Positions 47,558 to 56,996 of a stretch of 64,000 nt of DNA are shown here, piece after piece. Position numbers and translations under genes: made by a program. Within the stretch, counting starts at the first letter, position 1; each line of letters opens with the position of its first letter. Location of the stretch: positions 1 through 64,000 of IMG/VR virus record IMGVR_UViG_2799112846_000001; one strand, written 5' to 3'. Source of the DNA: an uncultured virus (IMG/VR IMGVR_UViG_2799112846_000001). Lineage: Duplodnaviria; Heunggongvirae; Uroviricota; Caudoviricetes. The notes beneath the pieces were generated by a model. It was not told the origin of the DNA, did no database searches, and worked only from the letters and a program-made list of their open reading frames with translations.

Positions 47558-49400
47558 TTTTTCTCAAATCTTAGAAAAATTAAAGGAGGTATTTGCTAAG
47601 ATGATAGGCACCAAATCAATAGAAAACGTACTACATGTAGCACCTGTTATGTCGAGCGCAATGCAGAATCAAATACAGCTATGGGAAGCTATGTACACAG
47701 GACATTCTCCGTGGTTAAAGTCAGCAACCTTTGATGACCCTAGTGTTATAGTTGGGCTTGGACTTCCACAGCAGATAGCAAACGAGAAAGCACGTACAGC
47801 ACTGCTTGAGTTTAAGAGTGAAGTAACTACTCCAATGAAGGAAGTTGAGACACCTAGAGAGAACGCAGGCGAGAACATTTTAGAGCGTTTTAAACAGGAT
47901 AATCAAGCAGATACGACAAATAATACAACTAACGCTACAGAAAGCAAAGAAAACGCTTCTAGCAATGCTACAGACGCTAATACAAATCAGTTTAGCAGAT
48001 ATAATACATCACAGTTTCATCCACAAGCTACAGTTAAAGAATTAGTGCCAAAAGGTCCAACACAAAGGGCTGAGTATCTTAACAAGACATATCAAAAGAA
48101 GGTACTTAGAAAACTAAGAACACAAATGGAATGTGGTATCGCATTAGGTGGACTTGTAATAAAGCCATATGTAATAATGAATGATACAGACGATAACGAC
48201 ACTAATGAAAATGCACTGACACTAAACACTAAGTTAGATAAAGCTGATATGGAGTTTGACTTTGTATATGCCAATAACTTTTATCCATTAGCATTTAATG
48301 GTAGCGGAGATATTACAGAAGCGGCATTTATTGAGCGTAAAGTTGATAAAGATATAACATACAGTAGATTAGAGCATCATAAGTACGCTAATCACAAAGT
48401 TACTATAACAAATATGGCTTTTAAATCTACAGCAAAGACACAGAACAGCAACAATGATTTAGGACAGCAGATACCGCTTAAATCAGTACCTGAGTGGCAG
48501 AATATAGAAGAAACTACTATTATAAAGAATGTAGACAGACTTTTGTTTGCATATTTCAAAATGCCAGAAGCTAATACAGTAGATATTCATAGTCCACTAG
48601 GTGTTAGTGGTTTTGATAAAGCTATTCACCTTATCGAAGAAGCCGACAAGCAATTCAGCAGACTTCTTTGGGAGTACGAAGGTGGTGAACTAGCTATTGA
48701 TATAGACAGAGATGCTTTACGTGATACTGAGGTTAGAAATGATAAGGGTGAACTTATCATTACGTCTAAGATGGGACATTTACAGCAGAGACTTTATAGA
48801 CCAGTAGATATTGGAGCAGACGGAGATACATATAATCAATATGCACCAGTTCTACGTGATGCGAGCTATATTAGTGGACTTAATACTATACTGATGCATA
48901 TAGAAGATGTAACAGGACTTTCACGAGGAACACTTTCTCAGGTAGATACAGCAGAAGCAAGAACAGCTACCGAGCTTAGAATATTGAAGCAGAGAAGTTA
49001 CCAGACAAATGCTGAGATTCAAAAAGCTATGCAGATATGTCTTGAAGACCTAGTATATGTAATGAATGTACTTTGTGAGTTATATGACATCACACCTGCC
49101 GGGGAGTATGAAGTATCTTTCGAGTGGGATGACAGTATCTTAGTTGACGTAGAAGAAGAACTTGGAAAGAGAATGACGCTTCTACAGAATGGTCTTATGA
49201 GTAAGAAAGAACTACGTATGTGGTACATGGGCGAGACTGAGAGACAAGCTAGAGAAGCACTGTTAGAAGTACAGGAAGAGAATAGAGTAGCAGTTGAAGA
49301 TAATATAATGACGCAGATGGATATGGGACAACTCGGATTAGATGATACACTTCAAAGAAGTCCTGATAGTTTTAAGCAGGGAATGAACAATGCTCAATGA
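47547..49400 (+). CDS. portal protein
   Basis: Position after terL; YSRLEHH, SPLGVS, ARTATE, FEWDDSI. Confidence 0.85.
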   Translation: MMISFSQILEKLKEVFAKMIGTKSIENVLHVAPVMSSAMQNQIQLWEAMYTGHSPWLKSATFDDPSVIVGLGLPQQIANEKARTALLEFKSEVTTPMKEVETPRENAGENILERFKQDNQADTTNNTTNATESKENASSNATDANTNQFSRYNTSQFHPQATVKELVPKGPTQRAEYLNKTYQKKVLRKLRTQMECGIALGGLVIKPYVIMNDTDDNDTNENALTLNTKLDKADMEFDFVYANNFYPLAFNGSGDITEAAFIERKVDKDITYSRLEHHKYANHKVTITNMAFKSTAKTQNSNNDLGQQIPLKSVPEWQNIEETTIIKNVDRLLFAYFKMPEANTVDIHSPLGVSGFDKAIHLIEEADKQFSRLLWEYEGGELAIDIDRDALRDTEVRNDKGELIITSKMGHLQQRLYRPVDIGADGDTYNQYAPVLRDASYISGLNTILMHIEDVTGLSRGTLSQVDTAEARTATELRILKQRSYQTNAEIQKAMQICLEDLVYVMNVLCELYDITPAGEYEVSFEWDDSILVDVEEELGKRMTLLQNGLMSKKELRMWYMGETERQAREALLEVQEENRVAVEDNIMTQMDMGQLGLDDTLQRSPDSFKQGMNNAQ

Positions 49401-50595
49401 TGTAGATATTGACAACTTAATACAGCCCTTTATTGATAGACAGATACAGTTAGAAAGCTATGTCATTAACACTATTGCAACACGAGTAAAAGAAGTTGGT
49501 ACATTGTCTAAGACAGACGTGTACCGACTTCAACAATTACTTAAAATAGGTAGTGATGTTAGAAGTATCAATAAACAGATAGCTACAGTGTTAAATATCC
49601 AAGAGACACAAGTTAAGAAAATGATAAAGGACGTAGCAGTAGATACTTATAAAGGAGCACGTCCGTTCTATGATTATAGACGAACTGCACAAGTACCTTA
49701 TGAAACTAATAAACGACTACAGCAAAGTGTTAATGCTATAGGAAAACAGACCGCAGATACGTTTAAGAATCTGTCTAACTCTAAAGCAACTGGATTTTAT
49801 ATTCGTGATGCCAAGAATCGAACTACATTAAAGTTTCAGTCTGTAACTGACACCTATCAAAGCGTTATAGATGAGGCAGTTCAATCTGTACAGACCGGAG
49901 TTTTGGATTTTGATAGTGCTATGAGAAGAACACTAAAGCAGTTAAACGACAGTGGGCTACGTAGAGTTTATTGGGATAGCGGACATACAAGACGCTTAGA
50001 TAGCACAGTTCGTATGAATATATTAGGTGGAGTACGTCAAATCAATCAAAAGGTGCAACAGCAGATAGCAGATGAAATAAACGCAGATGGAATAGAATTA
50101 TCAGCACATAGTTTTTCAGCACCTGACCATGAGCCAATACAAGGACATATATTCACGCTAGAAAACTTTGATAAGCTCCAAAATGAAAGAGCTTTTGAAG
50201 ATACATATGGTCATAAGTTTAGTGCGATAAGACGTCCTATAGGTGAGTGGAACTGTAAGCATTTAACTCAGGCTGTTGTTATAGATGCACATACACCTAT
50301 ATGGAGTTTAGCTGAATTAGAAGAACTGAAAAAAGCTAATCATGACGGTTATACTACTAAAGACGGAAAGCATTTAACTATGTATGAATGTACTCAAGTA
50401 CAGCGTAGCTATGAGACATCTATTCGATATGCTAAAGAGGGATATATAATGGCTAAAAATGCGGGTAATGAAAAGCTCATGGACGAGTATGAAGCAAAGA
50501 TTAGCCAGCTCAATAATGAGTATAGACAGTTCAGTAAAGACTGTGGTTTATCTATGCAGAAGAAACGTGCTTCTGTCAGTGGTTTTTATAAATAG
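49390..50595 (+). CDS. minor capsid (head morphogenesis) protein
   Basis: ELSAH..APDHEPIQG, WNCKH. Confidence 0.8.
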   Translation: MLNDVDIDNLIQPFIDRQIQLESYVINTIATRVKEVGTLSKTDVYRLQQLLKIGSDVRSINKQIATVLNIQETQVKKMIKDVAVDTYKGARPFYDYRRTAQVPYETNKRLQQSVNAIGKQTADTFKNLSNSKATGFYIRDAKNRTTLKFQSVTDTYQSVIDEAVQSVQTGVLDFDSAMRRTLKQLNDSGLRRVYWDSGHTRRLDSTVRMNILGGVRQINQKVQQQIADEINADGIELSAHSFSAPDHEPIQGHIFTLENFDKLQNERAFEDTYGHKFSAIRRPIGEWNCKHLTQAVVIDAHTPIWSLAELEELKKANHDGYTTKDGKHLTMYECTQVQRSYETSIRYAKEGYIMAKNAGNEKLMDEYEAKISQLNNEYRQFSKDCGLSMQKKRASVSGFYK

Positions 50596-50609
50596 CATGG
50601 ATAAAAAAT

Positions 50610-50640
50610 AGTTTACATAATAATTATTATGTCGTATAAT
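50610..50640. promoter_or_regulatory. dif-like 11-6-11 site overlapping a sigmaA promoter
   Basis: Reverse complement reads ATACGACATAA-TAATTA-TTATGTAAACT; TTTACA(50612)-17-TATAAT(50635). Confidence 0.55.
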
Positions 50641-50838
50641 ATTTATGTAAAAGATTGTTGTTTTGACAATTCTTTTTATTCTCCAATAACTACGTGATGG
50701 TTGTAGGGGGCACTCCTCTCCTATTACGTAGTTTGAGAGCTAATGTCGAGCATAAAGACGTTAAAACAAATGCCATTCAGTCCACACTGTAATGGACGAT
50801 TAAATAAAACAGATATAAATGAATGAGGAGGACGCACA

Positions 50839-51507
50839 ATGACAATTAAAGAGATTTTTGAGAAGTCTACAGAACCGCTTACTTATGAGAGTTTTGAAAA
50901 GCTGATGAAAGAAAGCGGAGCAAAGTTTGCAGATTTATCTGAGGGTAACTATGTTAGCAAAGATAAGTTTGACAACGAAGTAGCCGGTAAGGAGGGTCAA
51001 ATCAATCAGCTTAATGATACACTCAAAGCTAGAGATAAGGATTTGAAAGACTTGAAAGCACAGCTTAAGGAAGCTGGCACTGATGCAGATAAACTAACTG
51101 AGCTAGAGACACAGTTGGGTAATCTACAAACACAGTATAAGCAGGATACAGATAACTATAAAGCACAGTTATCAAAACAGGCTTATGAGTTTGCAGTAAA
51201 AGAGTTTGCAAGCGGAAAGAAGTTTTCAAGTAATGCGGCTAAACGAGATTTTATCAACTCTATGCTTGCCAAAGAATTGAAGATGGAAGGCGATAAGATT
51301 TTAGGAGCAGAGGATTTTGTTACAACTTATTCGGCAGATAATGCAGATGCATTTGTAGTTGAACAAGTAGAGAAGAAAGAACCAGAAGCACCAAAGCCAC
51401 AATTCTCTAATTCAGTGAGTCCGGATACAAACAATCAACCGACAAACGATAATCCGTTCGGATTCCATTTTAATGCTATCCGACAAAATCCAAATCAAAA
51501 TAAGTAA
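50839..51507 (+). CDS. capsid scaffolding protein
   Basis: YVSKDKF, coiled coil, immediately before the major capsid gene. Confidence 0.85.
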   Translation: MTIKEIFEKSTEPLTYESFEKLMKESGAKFADLSEGNYVSKDKFDNEVAGKEGQINQLNDTLKARDKDLKDLKAQLKEAGTDADKLTELETQLGNLQTQYKQDTDNYKAQLSKQAYEFAVKEFASGKKFSSNAAKRDFINSMLAKELKMEGDKILGAEDFVTTYSADNADAFVVEQVEKKEPEAPKPQFSNSVSPDTNNQPTNDNPFGFHFNAIRQNPNQNK

Positions 51508-51521
51508 AGGAGATTAAAATT

Positions 51522-52526
51522 ATGCCAACAAGTTATGTAGCACCAGCAAATAATGGTACAGCGGGAACTTATGATGGTTCAACAGCTATGGGTTCACTCA
51601 ACTATGCTGACGATTATCAAAGAGCACTTGAGCAGAACTTCCCTTATGTTCTTAATTATGGAGCACTTTATTCAACTCCAAATAACGGAAGATTTAAGTG
51701 GATTAACTCTAAGACAATCGAGATTCCATCAATCAGTACAACAGGACGTGTAGATGCAGATAGAGACACTATTGCATTTGCACAGAGAAACTTTAGTAAC
51801 AAGTGGGTTCCAAAGACACTTGAGAATCAGAGAAAGTGGTCTACACTTGTTCATCCTAGAGATATTGATGAGACAAATATGGTAGCAACTATCGGAAACA
51901 TTACTCAGGTATTTAATGATGAGCATAAGTTCCCAGAGATGGATGCTTACTGCATTTCAAAGATTTATGCAGATTGGACATCTATGAAGAATCCTGATAC
52001 AGGAGAAACACATGTAGCAGACACAACAGTTCTTACTACAGCAAACATCCTTTCAGTATTCGATTCACTGATGCTCAATATGGATAATGGTAGAGTTCCT
52101 GCAAACGGACGTATTCTCTATGCTCCATTTGAGATTCTTACTATTCTTAAAGAAGCTGAGAAGATTTCACGTTCTATGGATATTACAAGCGGTCCTAACG
52201 CTATTGATAGACGTGTTAATAGACTTGACCAGGTACAGGTTATCGGTGTTCCTTCAACACTTATGAAGACTCTTTATGAGTTCACAACAGATTATGCGAT
52301 AGCTGATGATGCACAGCAGATTAGCATGTTCCTTGTTCATCCACTCGCAGTTATCACACCTGTTAGCTACTCATTCAGTAAGCTTGATGCTCCATCAGCT
52401 ATGTCTGAAGGTAAGTGGGTTTACTATGAAGAGTCATTCGAGGATGTATTCGTACTTGAGAATAAGTCAAATGCTATTCAGTTCAATGTATCAAATAGTG
52501 GTGGAACTGGTACAGGTACAAACTAA
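51522..52526 (+). CDS. major capsid protein
   Basis: NYA..Y..L, KTIEIP, DIDETN, FPEMDAY. Confidence 0.85.
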   Translation: MPTSYVAPANNGTAGTYDGSTAMGSLNYADDYQRALEQNFPYVLNYGALYSTPNNGRFKWINSKTIEIPSISTTGRVDADRDTIAFAQRNFSNKWVPKTLENQRKWSTLVHPRDIDETNMVATIGNITQVFNDEHKFPEMDAYCISKIYADWTSMKNPDTGETHVADTTVLTTANILSVFDSLMLNMDNGRVPANGRILYAPFEILTILKEAEKISRSMDITSGPNAIDRRVNRLDQVQVIGVPSTLMKTLYEFTTDYAIADDAQQISMFLVHPLAVITPVSYSFSKLDAPSAMSEGKWVYYEESFEDVFVLENKSNAIQFNVSNSGGTGTGTN

Positions 52527-52540
52527 AGAGGAGTTTTATT

Positions 52541-52765
52541 ATGACAGTTGTTCGTAAGGCAAATAGAATAATAAGAGTTACCGATAATGAGTTACCTAGA
52601 TATTTAGCTAACGGATATGTACAGGTAGACGTGGAGCGTAAAGCTCCACGCACACCTGATGCAGAGCCTAAGTTAGAATCAAAGGAAACTGAATCTCAAA
52701 TCTTTGAGTCAGCTTTTAAAGAAGAAGCTACCTCAAAGCCAAGAACAAGACGTAATAAAAAGTAA
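52541..52765 (+). CDS. small head-associated hypothetical protein
   Basis: SD GAGGAG; follows the capsid gene. Confidence 0.65.
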   Translation: MTVVRKANRIIRVTDNELPRYLANGYVQVDVERKAPRTPDAEPKLESKETESQIFESAFKEEATSKPRTRRNKK

Positions 52766-52772
52766 TTGAAAG

Positions 52773-53249
52773 GTGGTGGAGTCAATGTACCTAACTTATG
52801 CTGATTATCAAAATATGGGTGGGACGTTAGATGAAACCACTTTTAATACTTTTGAGTATGAAGCAGAGACTATAGTAAACTGGTATACATTTAATCGACT
52901 CAAAGACGAGACTGAATATCCAGAAGAGTTAGCTAGATGTATGTTTAGACTTATCTACTTAGCTAAATTAGAAGCTGACGCATTATTACTTGGTAAACAA
53001 GTAACAGTTACTAGAGATGCAGAGGGAGAAGTTATAAATACAGCAGAAACTAGCGCAAATATAAAGTCACAGTCTAATGATGGTGTATCAGTTAGCTATA
53101 ACTCAGTTGATGCTAGTGACATCTTTGGAGCGTTATCGAAGAACAGTAAAGATAATCCGCTTATGAATACAGTATTTAGATACTTACAAGGTGTAAGAAA
53201 TAGTAAAGGCTACAGACTCACATATAGAGGTTTATATCCAGATGAATAA
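52773..53249 (+). CDS. head-tail connector
   Basis: YLTYADY..MGG, SQSNDGVSVSY, LTYRG. Confidence 0.8.
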   Translation: MVESMYLTYADYQNMGGTLDETTFNTFEYEAETIVNWYTFNRLKDETEYPEELARCMFRLIYLAKLEADALLLGKQVTVTRDAEGEVINTAETSANIKSQSNDGVSVSYNSVDASDIFGALSKNSKDNPLMNTVFRYLQGVRNSKGYRLTYRGLYPDE

Positions 53250-53925
53250 TATATATGGTTATATCTATTTGACAACTAACCTAAGAAATGCTAAAAAGTA
53301 TATAGGACAACATAAAGGTAGTAAGCTAGATGCAAACTATTTTGGCAGTGGTACTTTAATAGCAAAAGCACTACACAAATATGGTAAAACAAATTTTAAG
53401 TGCGAGATAATAGATATAGCGTATTCAAAGGAAGAACTTGACACTAAGGAGATTTATTGGATAGGTTATTATGACGCTGTGCAATCAACAGATTATTATA
53501 ATCTTGCAAAAGGCGGAACAATAACGGGCAGAGAAGTTGGACATTCAGTAAGCGAAGAAACTAGAGAGAAAATTCGTAAAGCAAACATAGGTAAAAAAGC
53601 TTCAAAAGAAACAAGAGCAAAGTTAAGCAGAATACAAAAAGGTAAAAAGTGTGGTGATAAAAATCCTGCAAAGCGTCCTGATGTAAGAGAAAAGCTTAAA
53701 CTTGCTAATAAAGGAAGTAATAATCCTGCTTACGGAAAACATTGGTTTACTAACGGTGTAGATACTGTATATGCGTATGAGTGTCCAGATGGGTATGTTC
53801 CCGGAAGAGGTACACATAAATCTAATAAATCTAAAATTGTGGGTAGACATTGGTATAACAACGGTGTAATGGAAATTATGGCGTATGAATGCCCCGAAGG
53901 ATATAGTGAAGGGAGATTATACTAA
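53242..53925 (+). CDS. GIY-YIG (Seg-like) homing endonuclease with NUMOD3
   Basis: YGYIYLTTNL.N.KKYIGQH..YFGSG..ALHKYG..YYNL..GG; SEETREKI. Confidence 0.9.
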   Translation: MNNIYGYIYLTTNLRNAKKYIGQHKGSKLDANYFGSGTLIAKALHKYGKTNFKCEIIDIAYSKEELDTKEIYWIGYYDAVQSTDYYNLAKGGTITGREVGHSVSEETREKIRKANIGKKASKETRAKLSRIQKGKKCGDKNPAKRPDVREKLKLANKGSNNPAYGKHWFTNGVDTVYAYECPDGYVPGRGTHKSNKSKIVGRHWYNNGVMEIMAYECPEGYSEGRLY

Positions 53926-54377
53926 TGAATAATTCAAACTTCCCAGCATGGTGGGAAACCACAATAACTGTATATAACAAGTTTACAGACCCGCAGACTA
54001 AAGTTGTGCGTTGGTATAAAACTGTAATCACAGGTGCTTTTTGGAAAGATATTCACGAAAAAGTAAAGATAGGACAAACAGTGTTAGAAACTAATAGCAT
54101 TATTTGTCGTATACGAAAAGATGATAGATTTCTTGAAAAGTATCTATGGGTACAAAAACCTAATGATGAGATGGCAAACTACTTTACATTAGGTAAGGGA
54201 GATATTATCATAAGAGGAGAAGTAGAAGATACTATAGACGAGTATCAATCAGGCAGACGTTCTACTGACCTGATAGCAAAATACAAAGAGCTTCAAGGTT
54301 GTATGAGTGTAGAAGAATCAACTATAAATGTAGGAGCAGGTAGATGTAATGAACATTATTTAGCAAGAGGTATTTAA
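53925..54377 (+). CDS. head closure/minor structural protein
   Basis: TITVYNK...W, FTL.KGD.I; position. Confidence 0.65.
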   Translation: MNNSNFPAWWETTITVYNKFTDPQTKVVRWYKTVITGAFWKDIHEKVKIGQTVLETNSIICRIRKDDRFLEKYLWVQKPNDEMANYFTLGKGDIIIRGEVEDTIDEYQSGRRSTDLIAKYKELQGCMSVEESTINVGAGRCNEHYLARGI

Positions 54378-54380
54378 TGT

Positions 54381-54833
54381 ATGGCATGGATGAGACTACA
54401 AGTAGTGAATGAAGATTATATTGACCAAGTTACATCTTGGTTATTATCCCTTGTAGATAGTCCTAAAGTGCGTAGAGGTATGAATGAGATTATTGCTGAA
54501 TTATGTACTCCGTATGTACCAGTTAAAACGGGAGCATTACGAGACTCAGTTGCAATAGGTCCTAAAGAGATACAATGGCGAACTGATTATGCACGTTATC
54601 AGTACTACGGATTTGTATATCGACCAAACTACTTTATAGGATATGACGCTATGGGAGAAGCTATGTTTCGTTCTCCAGCTGGTAAGAAGAAATACCCTAC
54701 AAGCATACCTCTTACATATCATAGAGGTGGTGGAGCATTTTGGTTTGAAACTATGCTTGCTCAAAAGAGTAGTGAAATGGATTCAAAGCTCACAGCATAC
54801 TTAGAAGCAGAATGTAAAAGGAGAGGATTATGA
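54381..54833 (+). CDS. minor capsid/neck protein
   Basis: PYVP.KTG.LR.S, YARYQYYG, GAFWFE. Confidence 0.75.
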   Translation: MAWMRLQVVNEDYIDQVTSWLLSLVDSPKVRRGMNEIIAELCTPYVPVKTGALRDSVAIGPKEIQWRTDYARYQYYGFVYRPNYFIGYDAMGEAMFRSPAGKKKYPTSIPLTYHRGGGAFWFETMLAQKSSEMDSKLTAYLEAECKRRGL

Positions 54834-55315
54834 TAGATAAGAACCAAGCAGTTATAGATTATCTTATAACTTGTGAAGACATACTCAATAGTCCTCTGTA
54901 CTTCAATCTTATAGATGCTAAAGATAACACTATACAGATACTCACAACAGCAGAAGACAAGGCTTTATCAAAACCATTTATTGACGGTAGTGTACAAAAG
55001 AGATACACATTTAATCTTATTACATTTAAGTCAATATCGGATATGGAAATAATTAAATCGTCGGACTATTCAAATGAGAATGTAGATGAACTGCAAGATG
55101 TTCAAAAACTTCTCGATTGGGTGATAGCACAAGACGATTTAGGGAACTATCCAGATTTTGGAGAAGAGTGTACTATAGACAGTATAGACACTACTACAGA
55201 TGTTCCTAGATTTGACGGAATAAATACTGAGATAACACCACCACTTGCTATGTACACAATATCAATAGTTATCGAGTATTTAGATAGAAGTAGAGTAATT
55301 TATAATAACGAGTAA
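54830..55315 (+). CDS. tail terminator-like protein
   Basis: Position; FIDGS..K, W...Q...NYP. Confidence 0.6.
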   Translation: MIDKNQAVIDYLITCEDILNSPLYFNLIDAKDNTIQILTTAEDKALSKPFIDGSVQKRYTFNLITFKSISDMEIIKSSDYSNENVDELQDVQKLLDWVIAQDDLGNYPDFGEECTIDSIDTTTDVPRFDGINTEITPPLAMYTISIVIEYLDRSRVIYNNE

Positions 55316-55329
55316 AGGAGATAAAAGTT

Positions 55330-55881
55330 ATGGCAATTAAACAGTTTAACTTAGCTGACAGGCAAAGAGCCGCACGTAAACTTCTTATCACTGTTGCAGA
55401 GTGGAAGGAAGGAACTAATACTGTTAGAGAGATTCTTGGTACACGTACTGAGGATTCATCTATCGAGTATAATGCAGATATTGAGACTATGACAGATATT
55501 CGTGGTATCAATTATACAGATGTCAACAGAACACAGCCACAGCAGACTTTCGACCCATTTCTTATTCTTGGTGGAAGTAAACTTGGTGCATTTCTTAATG
55601 ACATTAGACGTAGAAACGCAACTACAGAACTTAACAACTTCACTATCTATGTCATTACAGCTTTCATAGGTACTGCGGGAGCTTATGATGCAGAGAAGCA
55701 TGATGGTTGTACAATAGCTTATACTGCTATTGGTGGAGATTCAAATGTCAATATGCCAATCGACGTTTATTATTCAAATGATGGACTTGATGCAAACGGC
55801 AAGAGCACAGGTGCTCCAGTAGTAGGTACTGTTGATAAGCTCAGTGATGATTTCGTATTCACACCAGAGTCAGTAGGCTAA
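55330..55881 (+). CDS. major tail (tube) protein
   Basis: Position and size; highly-expressed codon style; SD AAAGGAG. Confidence 0.7.
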   Translation: MAIKQFNLADRQRAARKLLITVAEWKEGTNTVREILGTRTEDSSIEYNADIETMTDIRGINYTDVNRTQPQQTFDPFLILGGSKLGAFLNDIRRRNATTELNNFTIYVITAFIGTAGAYDAEKHDGCTIAYTAIGGDSNVNMPIDVYYSNDGLDANGKSTGAPVVGTVDKLSDDFVFTPESVG

Positions 55882-55908
55882 TGATTTTTATTTGGGAGGA
55901 TAAAAAGA

Positions 55909-56394
55909 ATGTCAAAAACAACAATAAATAATATAGACCTTAATATTGGTCTAAAAACTGAATACACTATCAATGGAAATAAAGATTTAGTTATAAAGCT
56001 AAACACAAGTGATATGGGTATCATAGCAAGATTAGATGAAACAATACCCAAACTTAACGAACTAGAGTCACAGTATGCAGAACTCTTTGAAGATAATAAT
56101 GATAACGCAGAAGAAGCATTAGGTGTGTTTACTACCAAGTTTAAAGAACTTGATAAAGAAGCACGAGACATAGTTAACTATCTGTTTGATTATGACATAT
56201 GTTCAGTATGTGCTAGTGGTGGTACAATGTTTGATTTGCAGGATGGTGAATATAGATTTGCAGTCATACTAGAAACATTGTTAAATCTGTATACCGATAC
56301 TATTCAGTCAGAGTTAAATAAGCGTTTAGCTAAGATGAAGAAAAGAACTGAGAAGTATGTAAATAAAGACCATAAGAGAAAAGGAAGTAAATAA
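55909..56394 (+). CDS. tail assembly chaperone
   Basis: Between the tail tube gene and the Gp15-like gene. Confidence 0.65.
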   Translation: MSKTTINNIDLNIGLKTEYTINGNKDLVIKLNTSDMGIIARLDETIPKLNELESQYAELFEDNNDNAEEALGVFTTKFKELDKEARDIVNYLFDYDICSVCASGGTMFDLQDGEYRFAVILETLLNLYTDTIQSELNKRLAKMKKRTEKYVNKDHKRKGSK

Positions 56395-56981
56395 TGTTTG
56401 AACTACCAACTACTCTTACAATAGATGATAAAGAGTTTGGTATTCGGGATGATGGAGATTATAGAATGGTGCTAGATTGCTTTGATGCACTCCAGGACCC
56501 AGATTTACCAAAGCGAGAAAGACTGATAACCGCCGTAGTGATATTCTACGACGGTTTTTCATTAGATAACGTATTTGAGTATCTTGATACAGAGGATAAA
56601 GTTAGTGAAGCTGTAGCGCAGATGTTTGACTTCTTTAACTGCGGTCAAGCTGAGATTGGCAGTAAATCATCACATAAATTAGTTGATTGGCATCAAGACA
56701 ATCACTTAATAGCAAGCGCAATAAATAATACAGCTAATATGGAAGTACGAAGTGTAGAGTACATGCATTGGTGGACATTTATGGGACACTATATTTCAGT
56801 CGGAGAAAGTGTGTTAGCTACAGTAGTTAATATACGAAGTAAAATGGTAGACGGAAAGAAACTAGAAAAACATGAACAAGAGTTCAAACGTAAGAATCCA
56901 GGTTACTTTGTTTGGAATAGACAGACAGTCGAACAGCAAGAAGCAGACCAGCTTATTAGACAGATTTGGAATAGTCAGTAG
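56394..56981 (+). CDS. A118 Gp15-like tail chaperone
   Basis: ELPT.L.I..I..DYR, DWHQD..LI, YMHWWTF, VVNIR.K. Confidence 0.8.
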   Translation: MFELPTTLTIDDKEFGIRDDGDYRMVLDCFDALQDPDLPKRERLITAVVIFYDGFSLDNVFEYLDTEDKVSEAVAQMFDFFNCGQAEIGSKSSHKLVDWHQDNHLIASAINNTANMEVRSVEYMHWWTFMGHYISVGESVLATVVNIRSKMVDGKKLEKHEQEFKRKNPGYFVWNRQTVEQQEADQLIRQIWNSQ

Positions 56982-56996
56982 AAAGGAGGTTAAGAT

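Noticed and set aside
3598..53925. Group I introns around the homing endonuclease genes
   Set aside because: Flanking genes look complete and the intergenic gaps are too short for a ribozyme core.
56340..56400. Programmed frameshift between the tail chaperones
   Set aside because: No clear slippery heptamer; the genes are coupled by a TAATG overlap.
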